Of a DNA stretch of 64,000 bases, positions 28,644 to 37,269 are shown piece by piece. The notes below the pieces were generated by a model. It saw only the letters and a list, made by a program, of their open reading frames with translations. It made no database searches and was not told the DNA's origin. The position numbers and the translations under genes were made by a program. The stretch's first letter is position 1. Every line of letters begins with the position of its first letter. The DNA lies in assembly GCA_964404275.1 (NCBI GenBank), contig CAYOJH010000002.1:19042-83041 (forward strand). Direction: 5' to 3'. This DNA comes from an uncultured Gammaproteobacteria bacterium (GTDB lineage: Bacteria; Patescibacteriota; Patescibacteriia; SG8-24; DYFX01).

Positions 28644-29261
28644 ATGACGGAGAAAGCTTTGTATTTTAAAAGATTTCTTGGAGTCTTTTTGCTGGTCCTG
28701 CTCGCGGCCAGGCCCGTTTTGGCGGCCACGCAGCCGGCGGCCGACACGGACGGGGACGGCCTGAGCGACGCCGACGAAATCCTGTACGGCACCGATCCGT
28801 TCAATGCCGATAGCGATCACGACGGCTACCCTGACGGACTCGAAGTCCAGAACGGCTACGATCCGACCAAGCCTGACGGCGCGAAGCTGAAGAAGCGGAT
28901 CGTCATCACGCTCGCTTCGCAAAACCTGGAATACGATCTCGGCCCGAAGACGCTCGGCGCCTATCGCATCTCGACCGGCCGGCCCGGCCACCCGACTCCC
29001 GTCGGCACCTTCGCCATTCTCGACAAGAAACCGCGAGCCTGGTCGAATGAAGCCAAGCTTTGGATGCCCTGGTGGATGCCGTTCAAGGGCACGTCCTACG
29101 GCATCCACGAGCTGCCCGAATGGCCCGGCGGCAAGAAGGAGGGCGCGAACCATCTCGGCACGCCCGTCTCCGGCGGCTGCGTCCGGCTGGGCATCGGTCC
29201 CGCCAAGACGCTCTACGACTGGGCCGAGGTCGGCACCGAAGTGATCATCAAAAAGACCTGA
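28644..29261 (+). CDS. Secreted L,D-transpeptidase (YkuD) with Ca-binding DxDxDG repeats
   Basis: Signal peptide; DTDGDGLSD and DSDHDGYPD; ISTG, TP.G.F, YGIHE...SGGCVRL catalytic His/Cys. Confidence 0.88.
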   Translation: MTEKALYFKRFLGVFLLVLLAARPVLAATQPAADTDGDGLSDADEILYGTDPFNADSDHDGYPDGLEVQNGYDPTKPDGAKLKKRIVITLASQNLEYDLGPKTLGAYRISTGRPGHPTPVGTFAILDKKPRAWSNEAKLWMPWWMPFKGTSYGIHELPEWPGGKKEGANHLGTPVSGGCVRLGIGPAKTLYDWAEVGTEVIIKKT

Positions 29262-29262
29262 C

Positions 29263-30588
29263 ATGTTCGAACTGCGCGATCCCATCCACCAGACGATCGA
29301 GTTCGACGATCGCGAAAAGGCGGTCATTGATCACGCGATCTTCCAGCGCATGCGCTACGTGCGCCAGCTCGGCTTGTCGTACCTCGTCTATCCAGGCGCG
29401 ACGCATGACCGCTTCAGCCACATGCTCGGCGCGATGCACATCGCCGGCCGCGTTTGGGACAACATCGCCAGCGTCAGCGCGGACGTGCTGAAACCGTTGT
29501 ATAAAAAAGACGACCTGGCGTACTTCCGGCGGATCCTCCGGTTCGCGGCGCTGCTGCATGACGTCGGCCACGCGCCGTTTTCGCACGTGTCGGAAAAACT
29601 CATGCCGAAGTTCGGCGAGCTCGACGCGCCGAGGAAGTGGTACCGCTCGTTCAATGACGCGCATCCGGCCGAGCATGAGGATTATTCGGTCATGATGATC
29701 GCGGCACTCGGCAATGATCCGATGATCCCCATTGCGCCGCACGAAGCCCAAGACATCGCGTCACTCCTCCATCATCAGATCAAGCCTTCTGCGCAGTGGA
29801 AGAAAACCTATGCCGGAAAAAAGGGCGCCATCCACGAACTGCTGAGCGCGCTGATCTCGGGCGAGCTCGACGTCGATCGCATGGATTACCTGATGCGCGA
29901 CGCGCATTTCACGGGCGTGGCCTACGGCTTTTATGACAAGGACCATCTGATCCGCAATCTCGGCGTGACCCTCCTCAAAGGACGGCCGGTGCTGACGATC
30001 GACTCGACTGCCATGCGCGCCTTCGAGGATTTCCTGCTGGCGCGCTACCACATGTTCCTGCAGGTTTACCATCACAAGACCACGAACGGCTTCGACCACT
30101 TCCTGAAGCAGGCCTTCGGGCGGCAGGAAGTCGAGATCCACGTGCCGGGCACGGTCGAAGGCTATCTGCAGATGAGAGACAGCACGTTTCTCGAAGCGCT
30201 TTTCGAGGCGGCCAAAGATCCAAAAAACGTCTGGTCGCGGCGCTTCGCCGAGCGGAAGCCGGCCAAACGCCTCTTTTCCGCGACCGGCGATCGTCCGGAA
30301 ACGCGCGTGACGATGCGACAGCTGCGCAAGAAATTGACCAAGGCCGGCATTCCGCATTTCGCGATCAACTCGCATCAGTATCTTTCGAAACTCGACGCCT
30401 TCCGGAAGCTCCAGAAACCCGGCAGCGCGCGCATGTACGTGCGCGAAAAATCCCTCAATCGGAAAGTGTATACGCCGGTCGAGCATTACAGCGTGTTGCT
30501 CAAGAAATACAACGAGGTCATCGACATCGTGAACCTCTACGTGCTGCCGGAGCACGAGAAAGCGGCCTTGAAAGCGATCGGCGTTTGA
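29263..30588 (+). CDS. HD-domain phosphohydrolase (YwfO/SAMHD1-like dNTPase family)
   Basis: RDPIH, FQR.R...QLG, H.RFSH.LG, LLHDVGH.PFSH, LDVDRMDYL.RD, VYHHK. Confidence 0.88.
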   Translation: MFELRDPIHQTIEFDDREKAVIDHAIFQRMRYVRQLGLSYLVYPGATHDRFSHMLGAMHIAGRVWDNIASVSADVLKPLYKKDDLAYFRRILRFAALLHDVGHAPFSHVSEKLMPKFGELDAPRKWYRSFNDAHPAEHEDYSVMMIAALGNDPMIPIAPHEAQDIASLLHHQIKPSAQWKKTYAGKKGAIHELLSALISGELDVDRMDYLMRDAHFTGVAYGFYDKDHLIRNLGVTLLKGRPVLTIDSTAMRAFEDFLLARYHMFLQVYHHKTTNGFDHFLKQAFGRQEVEIHVPGTVEGYLQMRDSTFLEALFEAAKDPKNVWSRRFAERKPAKRLFSATGDRPETRVTMRQLRKKLTKAGIPHFAINSHQYLSKLDAFRKLQKPGSARMYVREKSLNRKVYTPVEHYSVLLKKYNEVIDIVNLYVLPEHEKAALKAIGV

Positions 30589-30631
30589 GGCTGGACAAGG
30601 CGCGTTTCGCGTGGTACGCTGGCGCATCGTT

Positions 30632-31732
30632 ATGAACCTCGCCACGCTCGAAAAAGCGCTCGAAGGTCAGCCGGCCTATCGTCGGAAGCAGGCGGCGGAA
30701 CTCGTGTTTCGCGGCCTGATTTCCGATTGGGATGAAGCGAGCTCGCTCTCGAAAGAGTTGCGGGCGAAACTGAAAGCGGAAGTGCCGATCTCGAGCGTCG
30801 AGCGCGTGCAGACGTCGTCGTCTTCGAAAGGGGATACGCAGAAAGAAGCACTGCGCTTGAAAGACGGGCAGCTGATTGAAACCGTGCTCATGCGCCATCG
30901 GGACGAGCGCGCCACGGTCTGCGTTTCTTCGCAGGCGGGCTGTCCGATGGCCTGCGCCTTTTGCGCGACGGGCACGCTCGGTTTGAAGCGCAACCTCACC
31001 TCCGAAGAAATCGTCGATCAGGTGCTGCACTTCGCGCGCCTGTTGAAGAAGGAGGACGAGTCGGTCACGAACGTCGTCTTGATGGGCATGGGCGAGCCGC
31101 TTCACAATTACGACAACGTGATGGAAGCGCTGCGCAGGCTGAACGATCCGGAAGGCTTCGGGTTTGGCGCGCGGCGCATGTCGATCTCGACCTGCGGCAT
31201 CGTGCCGGGCATTTTGCGCCTGGCCGACGAGCCGATGCAGGTCAACCTGGCGATTTCGCTGCACGCGCCGAACGACGAGCTGCGCTCGAAACTGATGCCG
31301 GTCAACAAGGCGTATCCGCTCGCGAAATTGTTCGCCGCCATCAAGACGTACGTGCAGAAGAGCGGGCGCAAGGTCATGTTCGAATATTTGCTGATCGACG
31401 GCGTGAACGATACGCCCGAAATCGCCGACGAGCTGGCCGACCTTCTGATCCGCGAGAATCCCGAGGGCAAAAACCGCCCGAGCGGCCTCTATCACGTCAA
31501 TTTGATCAAATACCATACGACCGACGTCGCGGCTTCGGCCGCCGAGCGCTTCGGTTTGCCGATCGATCCGAAATCGGGGACAGGCACCTTTCCGTCTTCC
31601 CCCGTGGAACGCCGCAAAGCCTTCATGCAGGTGCTCGAAGAGCGCGGCATCTCCGTCACGCATCGCATCACCTTCGGCGAAGACATTGACGCCGCCTGCG
31701 GGCAGCTTGCGAACAAGGCCGCGACCCATTAA
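30632..31732 (+). CDS. rlmN: 23S rRNA/tRNA adenine C2-methyltransferase RlmN (radical SAM)
   Basis: CVSSQAGCPMACAFCATG, MGMGEP, ISLHAP, EYLLI.GVND, DIDAACGQL. Confidence 0.93.
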   Translation: MNLATLEKALEGQPAYRRKQAAELVFRGLISDWDEASSLSKELRAKLKAEVPISSVERVQTSSSSKGDTQKEALRLKDGQLIETVLMRHRDERATVCVSSQAGCPMACAFCATGTLGLKRNLTSEEIVDQVLHFARLLKKEDESVTNVVLMGMGEPLHNYDNVMEALRRLNDPEGFGFGARRMSISTCGIVPGILRLADEPMQVNLAISLHAPNDELRSKLMPVNKAYPLAKLFAAIKTYVQKSGRKVMFEYLLIDGVNDTPEIADELADLLIRENPEGKNRPSGLYHVNLIKYHTTDVAASAAERFGLPIDPKSGTGTFPSSPVERRKAFMQVLEERGISVTHRITFGEDIDAACGQLANKAATH

Positions 31733-31764
31733 TCTGATGCCATCGTCCTTTGAAAGGGGGCCTC

Positions 31765-33018
31765 ATGGCATCGAGAACGTCTCGGAGCCGGAAGGCTCCC
31801 AAGCGCAAGCGCAACCGTTTTTTCGTCCACGGCCGATGGATCACGGTCTCGTACTTCAAAGGCTATGAAAAGCGCCATTTGAAGCCGGACCACATCGATA
31901 TCATGCATTGGCGCGGCGACGGTTCGGAACGCGGCGAGCATATTCCGCGCAACGTGCTCAAGATCGACGAACGCTACGTGGCGGAGACGCCTTTTCTCGT
32001 CAAGATCTTCGCGATCGAGACGATGCGGAAGTGGACGCGCCGCGGCGACAACGAACGCCTGCCGCCGTATCAGGAGCAGCGCAAGTACCTGAAGCAGCAG
32101 CTCTGCCTTCCCGGACCGGCGCCCGACTACGTCGAGCGTCGCGAGTGGAACGAAGAGCATCAGCTGCACGTCTGGTACGTGCGCGGCGACATCGTGCGGC
32201 AGTATTTCGATCCGCACTTCATCTTCGGCGGGCACGATCTCGTCTACGGCTCGTACATCACGATGCCGCGAACGGTCTGGATCGACGTCTGCCAGGACGA
32301 ACGCGAGATCGCCTACACGCTGCTGCACGAGATGGTCGAGCGGAGACTGATGGAACGCGGCTGGTCGTACGCCAAGGCGCACGCCAAGGCGATCGAGGCC
32401 GAGATGTCGCTTCGCTACGCGGAATACGATTCGGACGCCGTCTACGAAGTCGTTTCGGAACCGCTGCCGGTCGAAGCGATCGAGCAGATGACCGACGCCG
32501 GCTGCGGCCCGACCGCCCTCGCGATGCTGCTCGACCACGACGGCATCAAAAAGCCGAACGGCACGCCCTGGACGGAAGCCGATCTCATCGAACTGTGCGG
32601 CTGCGATCCTGCCATGGGAACCGATCACGAGCCGCTCGTGCGGGCCGTACGCTCCATCGTGGGCGAGGCGTTCACGGTCGGCGTGAACGGCACGCTCGAC
32701 GACTTGCGCCGCCTGGTGCTCGAAGAGCGCCGGCCGGTCCTGGTCGGCTGGTGGAACGGCGCCCATCGGACGTCCGAAGAGGTCCAAGCCGATCCCGAGA
32801 TCGACGAGGGCCATTACGGCGTCGTGAAGCACGTGACGACCCATGTCTGGCTGGCCGATTCATGGATCGTCCATCGCGAAGGCCCCGGCGACCATAAGGT
32901 TCGCCTCAAAGAGTTCGCGGAACGCTGGTACGACATGGACGGGACGCCGACCGAAAACGATCCGGGCTATCGCCGGGTCAACGGCTGGCATCTCTACCTG
33001 CACGCCAAGAAAGGCTGA
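31765..33018 (+). CDS. Fusion protein: HExxE metal-binding domain plus C39-like cysteine peptidase
   Basis: GGH..VY, VWID, LLHEMVER, Y..AH; then Q....CGPTALAMLL, GHYGVV, LADSW. Confidence 0.65.
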   Translation: MASRTSRSRKAPKRKRNRFFVHGRWITVSYFKGYEKRHLKPDHIDIMHWRGDGSERGEHIPRNVLKIDERYVAETPFLVKIFAIETMRKWTRRGDNERLPPYQEQRKYLKQQLCLPGPAPDYVERREWNEEHQLHVWYVRGDIVRQYFDPHFIFGGHDLVYGSYITMPRTVWIDVCQDEREIAYTLLHEMVERRLMERGWSYAKAHAKAIEAEMSLRYAEYDSDAVYEVVSEPLPVEAIEQMTDAGCGPTALAMLLDHDGIKKPNGTPWTEADLIELCGCDPAMGTDHEPLVRAVRSIVGEAFTVGVNGTLDDLRRLVLEERRPVLVGWWNGAHRTSEEVQADPEIDEGHYGVVKHVTTHVWLADSWIVHREGPGDHKVRLKEFAERWYDMDGTPTENDPGYRRVNGWHLYLHAKKG

Positions 33019-33047
33019 CCCCGTACCGTCCGGTACGGGGTTTTCTC
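33018..33047 (+). terminator. Intrinsic terminator
   Basis: ACCCCGTACC-gtcc-GGTACGGGGT followed by TTTCTCTT. Confidence 0.8.
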
Positions 33048-33088
33048 TTGCCGACCTCTTTTTCCTATGATACGTTTTCGACACACGT

Positions 33089-33937
33089 ATGAAACCGCAG
33101 CGATTCACGATCGTCGGTGTCATGGGCCTCGGCATGGTCGGCGGCGCCATTTTTCGGCACTTCCAAAAGACGGGTTACGTCCCGGGCGAAACGCTCGTCG
33201 GCTATGATCCGGTCAAGGAAGGCCAGAACGATCTCGCGCCGATCCAGAAGGCGGATATCGTCTTCGTGGCCGTGCCGACGCCGTATCTGACGGGCGAAGA
33301 CGGCCGCACCGGCTTCGATTTGTCGCTTGTCCGTTCCGCCATCGAAACGCTCGAGGGCTCCAAAGTCATCGTCATCAAATCGACGGTCCTGCCCGGCGCG
33401 ACGGAAGAACTCCAGGCGGAATTCCCGCATCACAAAATCCTCTTCAATCCCGAATTCCTGACGGAAGTTTCAGCCGACCAGGACATGGCTTTTCCGGATC
33501 GTCAGCTGGTCGGTGCGACCGAGCAGTCGTTCAACGTCGCCGCCGACGTGCTCGCGATCCTGCCGCTCGCGCCGTTCGAGCGCGTCATGAAAGCGCGTGA
33601 AGCCGAGATGGTGAAGTACTACGGCAACACCTGGTTCTCGACCAAAGTCATCTTCGCCAACCAGATGTACGATCTCTGCCAAGCCATCGGCGTCGACTAC
33701 GACACGGTCAAGGAAGCCGCCGCAGCCGACAAGCGCATCGGCCGCACGCATCTCGAAATCTTCCACAAAGGCTATCGCGGTTACGGCGGCAAGTGCCTGC
33801 CGAAAGACACGCGCGCGCTGATCGAGCTGGGTGACAAGCTCGGCGTCGAAATGGCGCTCTTGAAACGCGTCGAAGAGCTGAACAACGCGCTGGTCGCGGC
33901 CCAAGCGGAAAAGAAAGCCGAAACGCAGCCCGCCTGA
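33089..33937 (+). CDS. Short UDP-glucose/GDP-mannose dehydrogenase family protein (no C-terminal domain)
   Basis: GLGMVG, VAVPTP, IKSTV.PG, NPEFL.E, AEMVKY..N, GYGGKCLPKD; ends soon after the catalytic Cys. Confidence 0.82.
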   Translation: MKPQRFTIVGVMGLGMVGGAIFRHFQKTGYVPGETLVGYDPVKEGQNDLAPIQKADIVFVAVPTPYLTGEDGRTGFDLSLVRSAIETLEGSKVIVIKSTVLPGATEELQAEFPHHKILFNPEFLTEVSADQDMAFPDRQLVGATEQSFNVAADVLAILPLAPFERVMKAREAEMVKYYGNTWFSTKVIFANQMYDLCQAIGVDYDTVKEAAAADKRIGRTHLEIFHKGYRGYGGKCLPKDTRALIELGDKLGVEMALLKRVEELNNALVAAQAEKKAETQPA

Positions 33938-33965
33938 AAACGATCCCTTGAAAGGATCGTTTTTG
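33937..33965 (+). terminator. Intrinsic terminator
   Basis: AAAACGATCC-cttgaaa-GGATCGTTTTT. Confidence 0.75.
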
Positions 33966-33984
33966 CATGGTAGGTTGGCCCGTT

Positions 33985-35091
33985 ATGTGGCAGCACGACG
34001 GCAAGCCCAAAGTCATGGTCGGCATGTCCGGCGGCGTGGATTCTTCCGTCGCCGCGGCCTTGCTGTTGGATCAAGACTATGACGTCGTCGGCGCCTTCAT
34101 GAAGAACTGGTCCGAAACCAAGGATCCCAAGACGGGGGAGTGCGCCTGGAAAGAGGAGCGACGCGACGCCATGCGCGTGGCAGCCGAGTTGGGGATCCCG
34201 TTCGTGACATATGATTTCGAAAAAGAATACGACGAAGCCGTCGTGCAGTATCTCTATCGAGAATACGCCGCCGGACGCACGCCGAATCCTGACGTGCTTT
34301 GCAACCGCGCGGTAAAATTTGATCTCTTCCTGAAAGCGGCACGCGCGGACGGCGCGGATTTCATCGCGACGGGACACTACGCGCGCGTTTCAAAAAATGA
34401 AAACGGTCGCTATGCGCTTCTTGCCGGACTTGATCGCGCCAAGGATCAATCCTATTTCGTCTTTTCGCTCGGCCAAGAGCAACTGAAGCATGTGCTGTTT
34501 CCGATCGGGCATCTCGACAAGCGCGACGTGCGCGCCTATGCGCGCGAGCGCGGGATCAGCACGGCCGAGAAAAAAGATTCGCAAGGCATCTGTTTCATCG
34601 GCCAGGTCGAGATCCGCGAATTCCTGAAGCGCGCGCTGACCCCGAAACCGGGCGCGATCGTTTCGACCGAAGGAAAAGAACTCGGACGCCATGACGATGC
34701 GCAGGCCTTCACGCTCGGGCAGCGCCAAGGACTTCGCCTTTCCGGCGGCCCGTGGTTCGTGGCGGCGATCGACGTGGCGACGGGGACGGTCACCGTCGCG
34801 CACGGCGCGGATCATCCCGCGTTGTTTAAGGGGAAACTGACGGCGAAAGATTGGCACTGGGTTTCGGGAAAGCCGCCCGAGCTCCCGCTCCGCTGCCAGG
34901 CCCGCATCCGCTATCGCCAGCCGCTTCAAGCCTGCGAGGTACATCTACCTGACACAAATGTACCTGGTACAAAAGTAGCAGATGAATTGGAAGTGCATTT
35001 CGAGAAGCCGCAGCGCGCGGTCACGCCCGGACAATTCGTCGTGCTCTATGCGGGCGACGAAGTCTTAGGCGGCGGCGTCATCGAAAAATAA
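33985..35091 (+). CDS. mnmA: tRNA 2-thiouridylase MnmA
   Basis: MSGGVDSSV, GRTPNPDVLCN, IATGHYAR, KDQSYF, KKDSQGICF, RAVTPGQ. Confidence 0.96.
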   Translation: MWQHDGKPKVMVGMSGGVDSSVAAALLLDQDYDVVGAFMKNWSETKDPKTGECAWKEERRDAMRVAAELGIPFVTYDFEKEYDEAVVQYLYREYAAGRTPNPDVLCNRAVKFDLFLKAARADGADFIATGHYARVSKNENGRYALLAGLDRAKDQSYFVFSLGQEQLKHVLFPIGHLDKRDVRAYARERGISTAEKKDSQGICFIGQVEIREFLKRALTPKPGAIVSTEGKELGRHDDAQAFTLGQRQGLRLSGGPWFVAAIDVATGTVTVAHGADHPALFKGKLTAKDWHWVSGKPPELPLRCQARIRYRQPLQACEVHLPDTNVPGTKVADELEVHFEKPQRAVTPGQFVVLYAGDEVLGGGVIEK

Positions 35092-35116
35092 AAGCTCCCC
35101 GCGCGGGGAGTTTTTT
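35090..35116. terminator. Bidirectional intrinsic terminator
   Basis: AAAAGCTCCCC-gcgc-GGGGAGTTTTTT between convergent genes. Confidence 0.75.
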
Positions 35117-36285
35117 CAGAGATAGCCGAGCTCACGAAGAAGCGACTGCCGTTCCCAGATCGGACACGGCGCGTTCGTCCTGGCGGCGGTGACGGCCAGG
35201 CCGAAGCCGAGCTGCCGGGCCAAGACGCCGCGATTCTGGAGACAATCTTTCCATTGAAAAGGCCACCAGTCCCGATCGTCGCTCATCGCGCCCATCATCG
35301 CGCCGACCATCGAGGCGACGGTGTCGGTATCGCCGCCGGCGTTGATCGCTTCGAGCACGGCCGCCGTCGGCTCCTGATCTTCGCAATGCCGGTACCAGAT
35401 CGCGAGCGCGAGCGGCACGGTGTTGAGCGAGTCCGCGATGCCTTTGCTGCCGAAGGCCCAGAGCTCTTCCGGCTTGCCGGAGAGCGAGAGCGCGTGGTGC
35501 AGCGCGTAGGAGAAGCGGTCGCGGCCTTTGTGCAGCAGGTTCAGCTGCACGTCCGCCGTTTCGACGCGCGCCTTGAGCAGCGTGAACGCGCCCTCCGGTC
35601 CGAAGCCGCGGACCAGATCGTGGACGACGCTCGCGACCGCGTAGGCGGCGACCGCGCAGAGCGGATCGCCGTGCGTGATGCGGGAGAATTCGAGGATCTG
35701 CATCAACGCTTCGCCGGACGCGAAGACGTCGCTTCTGCCGCGCAGGGCCATGAAGGCCGCGAGCGGCGCGATCTTCATCGACGGGCCGTTGCCGCGGGCC
35801 TTCTCGCGCCGTTGCGCCGGATGCGCGGGATCGCGCGGCTGCGCGGCTTCCCAGAGCGTCCGGTCCGCCGGCTTCTTGAAGGCCGGCGGAGGATGTTTCG
35901 CGAACAGCTTTCGCCGCTCGCGGTACCACTTGTCGATCTCGTAGAGACCGCGCTTGGTGGTGCGACCCCAGCCGGAGACGTCGTTCCAGAGCGCCTTGAG
36001 ATGCAACAGCACTTGGAGCTCATGGACGTAGCCGTCACCCATGATCAGGCCGTCGGCCACGGCGTTCGCGAGCTGGCTGTCGTCCGACGTGGAGCCGGGC
36101 GGCAGGTCGCGCGTGTCGTCGATCTTGCGTTCGATCTTGAGATCGAATCGCGGCCGATCGACGCCGAAGCCGCCGGTCGCGTCCAAGATCTCCTGGCGCG
36201 TCATGCATTCGAACGGCACGCCGAGCGCGTCGCCGAGGTGGACGCCGAGCATCACATTGGCCAGTCGCTGTTTGCTATTGGACAT
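35116..36285 (-). CDS. ADP-ribosylglycohydrolase (DraG/ARH family)
   Basis: GDALG.P.E, SDDSQL, GNG..MKIAP, S.ITH, AINAGGDTDT.A.M.GA. Confidence 0.88.
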   Translation of the reverse strand: MSNSKQRLANVMLGVHLGDALGVPFECMTRQEILDATGGFGVDRPRFDLKIERKIDDTRDLPPGSTSDDSQLANAVADGLIMGDGYVHELQVLLHLKALWNDVSGWGRTTKRGLYEIDKWYRERRKLFAKHPPPAFKKPADRTLWEAAQPRDPAHPAQRREKARGNGPSMKIAPLAAFMALRGRSDVFASGEALMQILEFSRITHGDPLCAVAAYAVASVVHDLVRGFGPEGAFTLLKARVETADVQLNLLHKGRDRFSYALHHALSLSGKPEELWAFGSKGIADSLNTVPLALAIWYRHCEDQEPTAAVLEAINAGGDTDTVASMVGAMMGAMSDDRDWWPFQWKDCLQNRGVLARQLGFGLAVTAARTNAPCPIWERQSLLRELGYL

Positions 36286-36384
36286 GCGGACCCCTTTTGA
36301 AAGAACGTGGGGGAGCGTAGCAGCGCGCGGGCGTTTCGTCCAGTCTCCCACCCGTGCTATCATAGTCCGGAAATTCCATCATTG

Positions 36385-36546
36385 ATGCGAAATCTCCTCC
36401 GCTTCGCCCGACGCAACAAGTTCCTGCTGATCGCCACGGTTTTGCTGATGGCGGGCGCGGGCTGCGTCGGCGCGGCGCGGCAGGCCAGCCAGCAGCTTTC
36501 GCAGGACGCGCAGAAGCCGATCGAAATTCCCGCCACGCAAAAATAA
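36385..36546 (+). CDS. Small putative lipoprotein (53 aa)
   Basis: Basic N-terminus, hydrophobic core, AGAGC lipobox-like motif; TGCTATCAT -10 upstream. Confidence 0.55.
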   Translation: MRNLLRFARRNKFLLIATVLLMAGAGCVGAARQASQQLSQDAQKPIEIPATQK

Positions 36547-36573
36547 AGCCGTCCCTGAGAGGGGACGGTTTTT
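36546..36573. terminator. Bidirectional intrinsic terminator
   Basis: AAAGCCGTCCC-tgagag-GGGACGGTTTT. Confidence 0.7.
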
Positions 36574-37186
36574 AGAGACAGTGGTTGATCTGGCAGAAGT
36601 GCTGATGATCGATCATCGTGGTGTGCGTTCGGACGACCTTCGGCGTCATGAGGCTTTCGGCATCCTGCGCCTGATGTCCGAGTCCGCCAGCATGACCGAT
36701 CTCGTGTCCTGCGACGCCTTGCATCATCCAGGTCGCGTGCGGTCCCAGGAGCGGATTCAGCAGATCCGGATCCTCGTTGAAGATGACGATGTCGTCATTG
36801 TCGTAGAGGCCGGCGGCATCATCGGAACTCAGATGATAATCGTTCCACAGCTGCCGGCCGTAGTCGGTCAGGTTGTTGCGGTGCGCGTATTTCGTGTCGT
36901 TGATCAGCTGATAGACGCAGTGGACGCCGTCGCCGACGTTGTTCTCGTCGTACGTCGCCATCTCCGGCTTCTGGCCGCCGTAAGCGTAGGGCGCATTGCC
37001 CGTCGCCAGAGTCACGCCGGCGTTCCAGTCCGCGATCGCGGCTTGGATCTGCGTCAGCTGCGCGGGCTGCCACTCTCCGCAAGCGTAGACGGTGGCCGTC
37101 CGGCCTTCGGCGAACTCGGGATACGGACTGAGCGCGTTGCAGGCGGCCGAGAAGACGCAGAAACACGCGATGAGCATGGTCTTCAT
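36572..37186 (-). CDS. Lipoprotein metzincin (matrixin/M10-like) metallopeptidase
   Basis: Lipobox SAAC; HEIGHAGGLGH zinc motif and SLM Met-turn; GGAGG SD. Confidence 0.82.
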   Translation of the reverse strand: MKTMLIACFCVFSAACNALSPYPEFAEGRTATVYACGEWQPAQLTQIQAAIADWNAGVTLATGNAPYAYGGQKPEMATYDENNVGDGVHCVYQLINDTKYAHRNNLTDYGRQLWNDYHLSSDDAAGLYDNDDIVIFNEDPDLLNPLLGPHATWMMQGVAGHEIGHAGGLGHQAQDAESLMTPKVVRTHTTMIDHQHFCQINHCL

Positions 37187-37269
37187 GGAAACCTCCCGGC
37201 CTCAATCTTCCATACTTTAGCGCAAATGTCAACCTTGCGAGGCGAACGAATCTCTTGTAGATTGCCCCT

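Noticed and set aside
30632-31732. Possible Cfr resistance methyltransferase
   Set aside because: Housekeeping context and RlmN-type motifs; no mobile context. A phylogeny would be needed to exclude it fully
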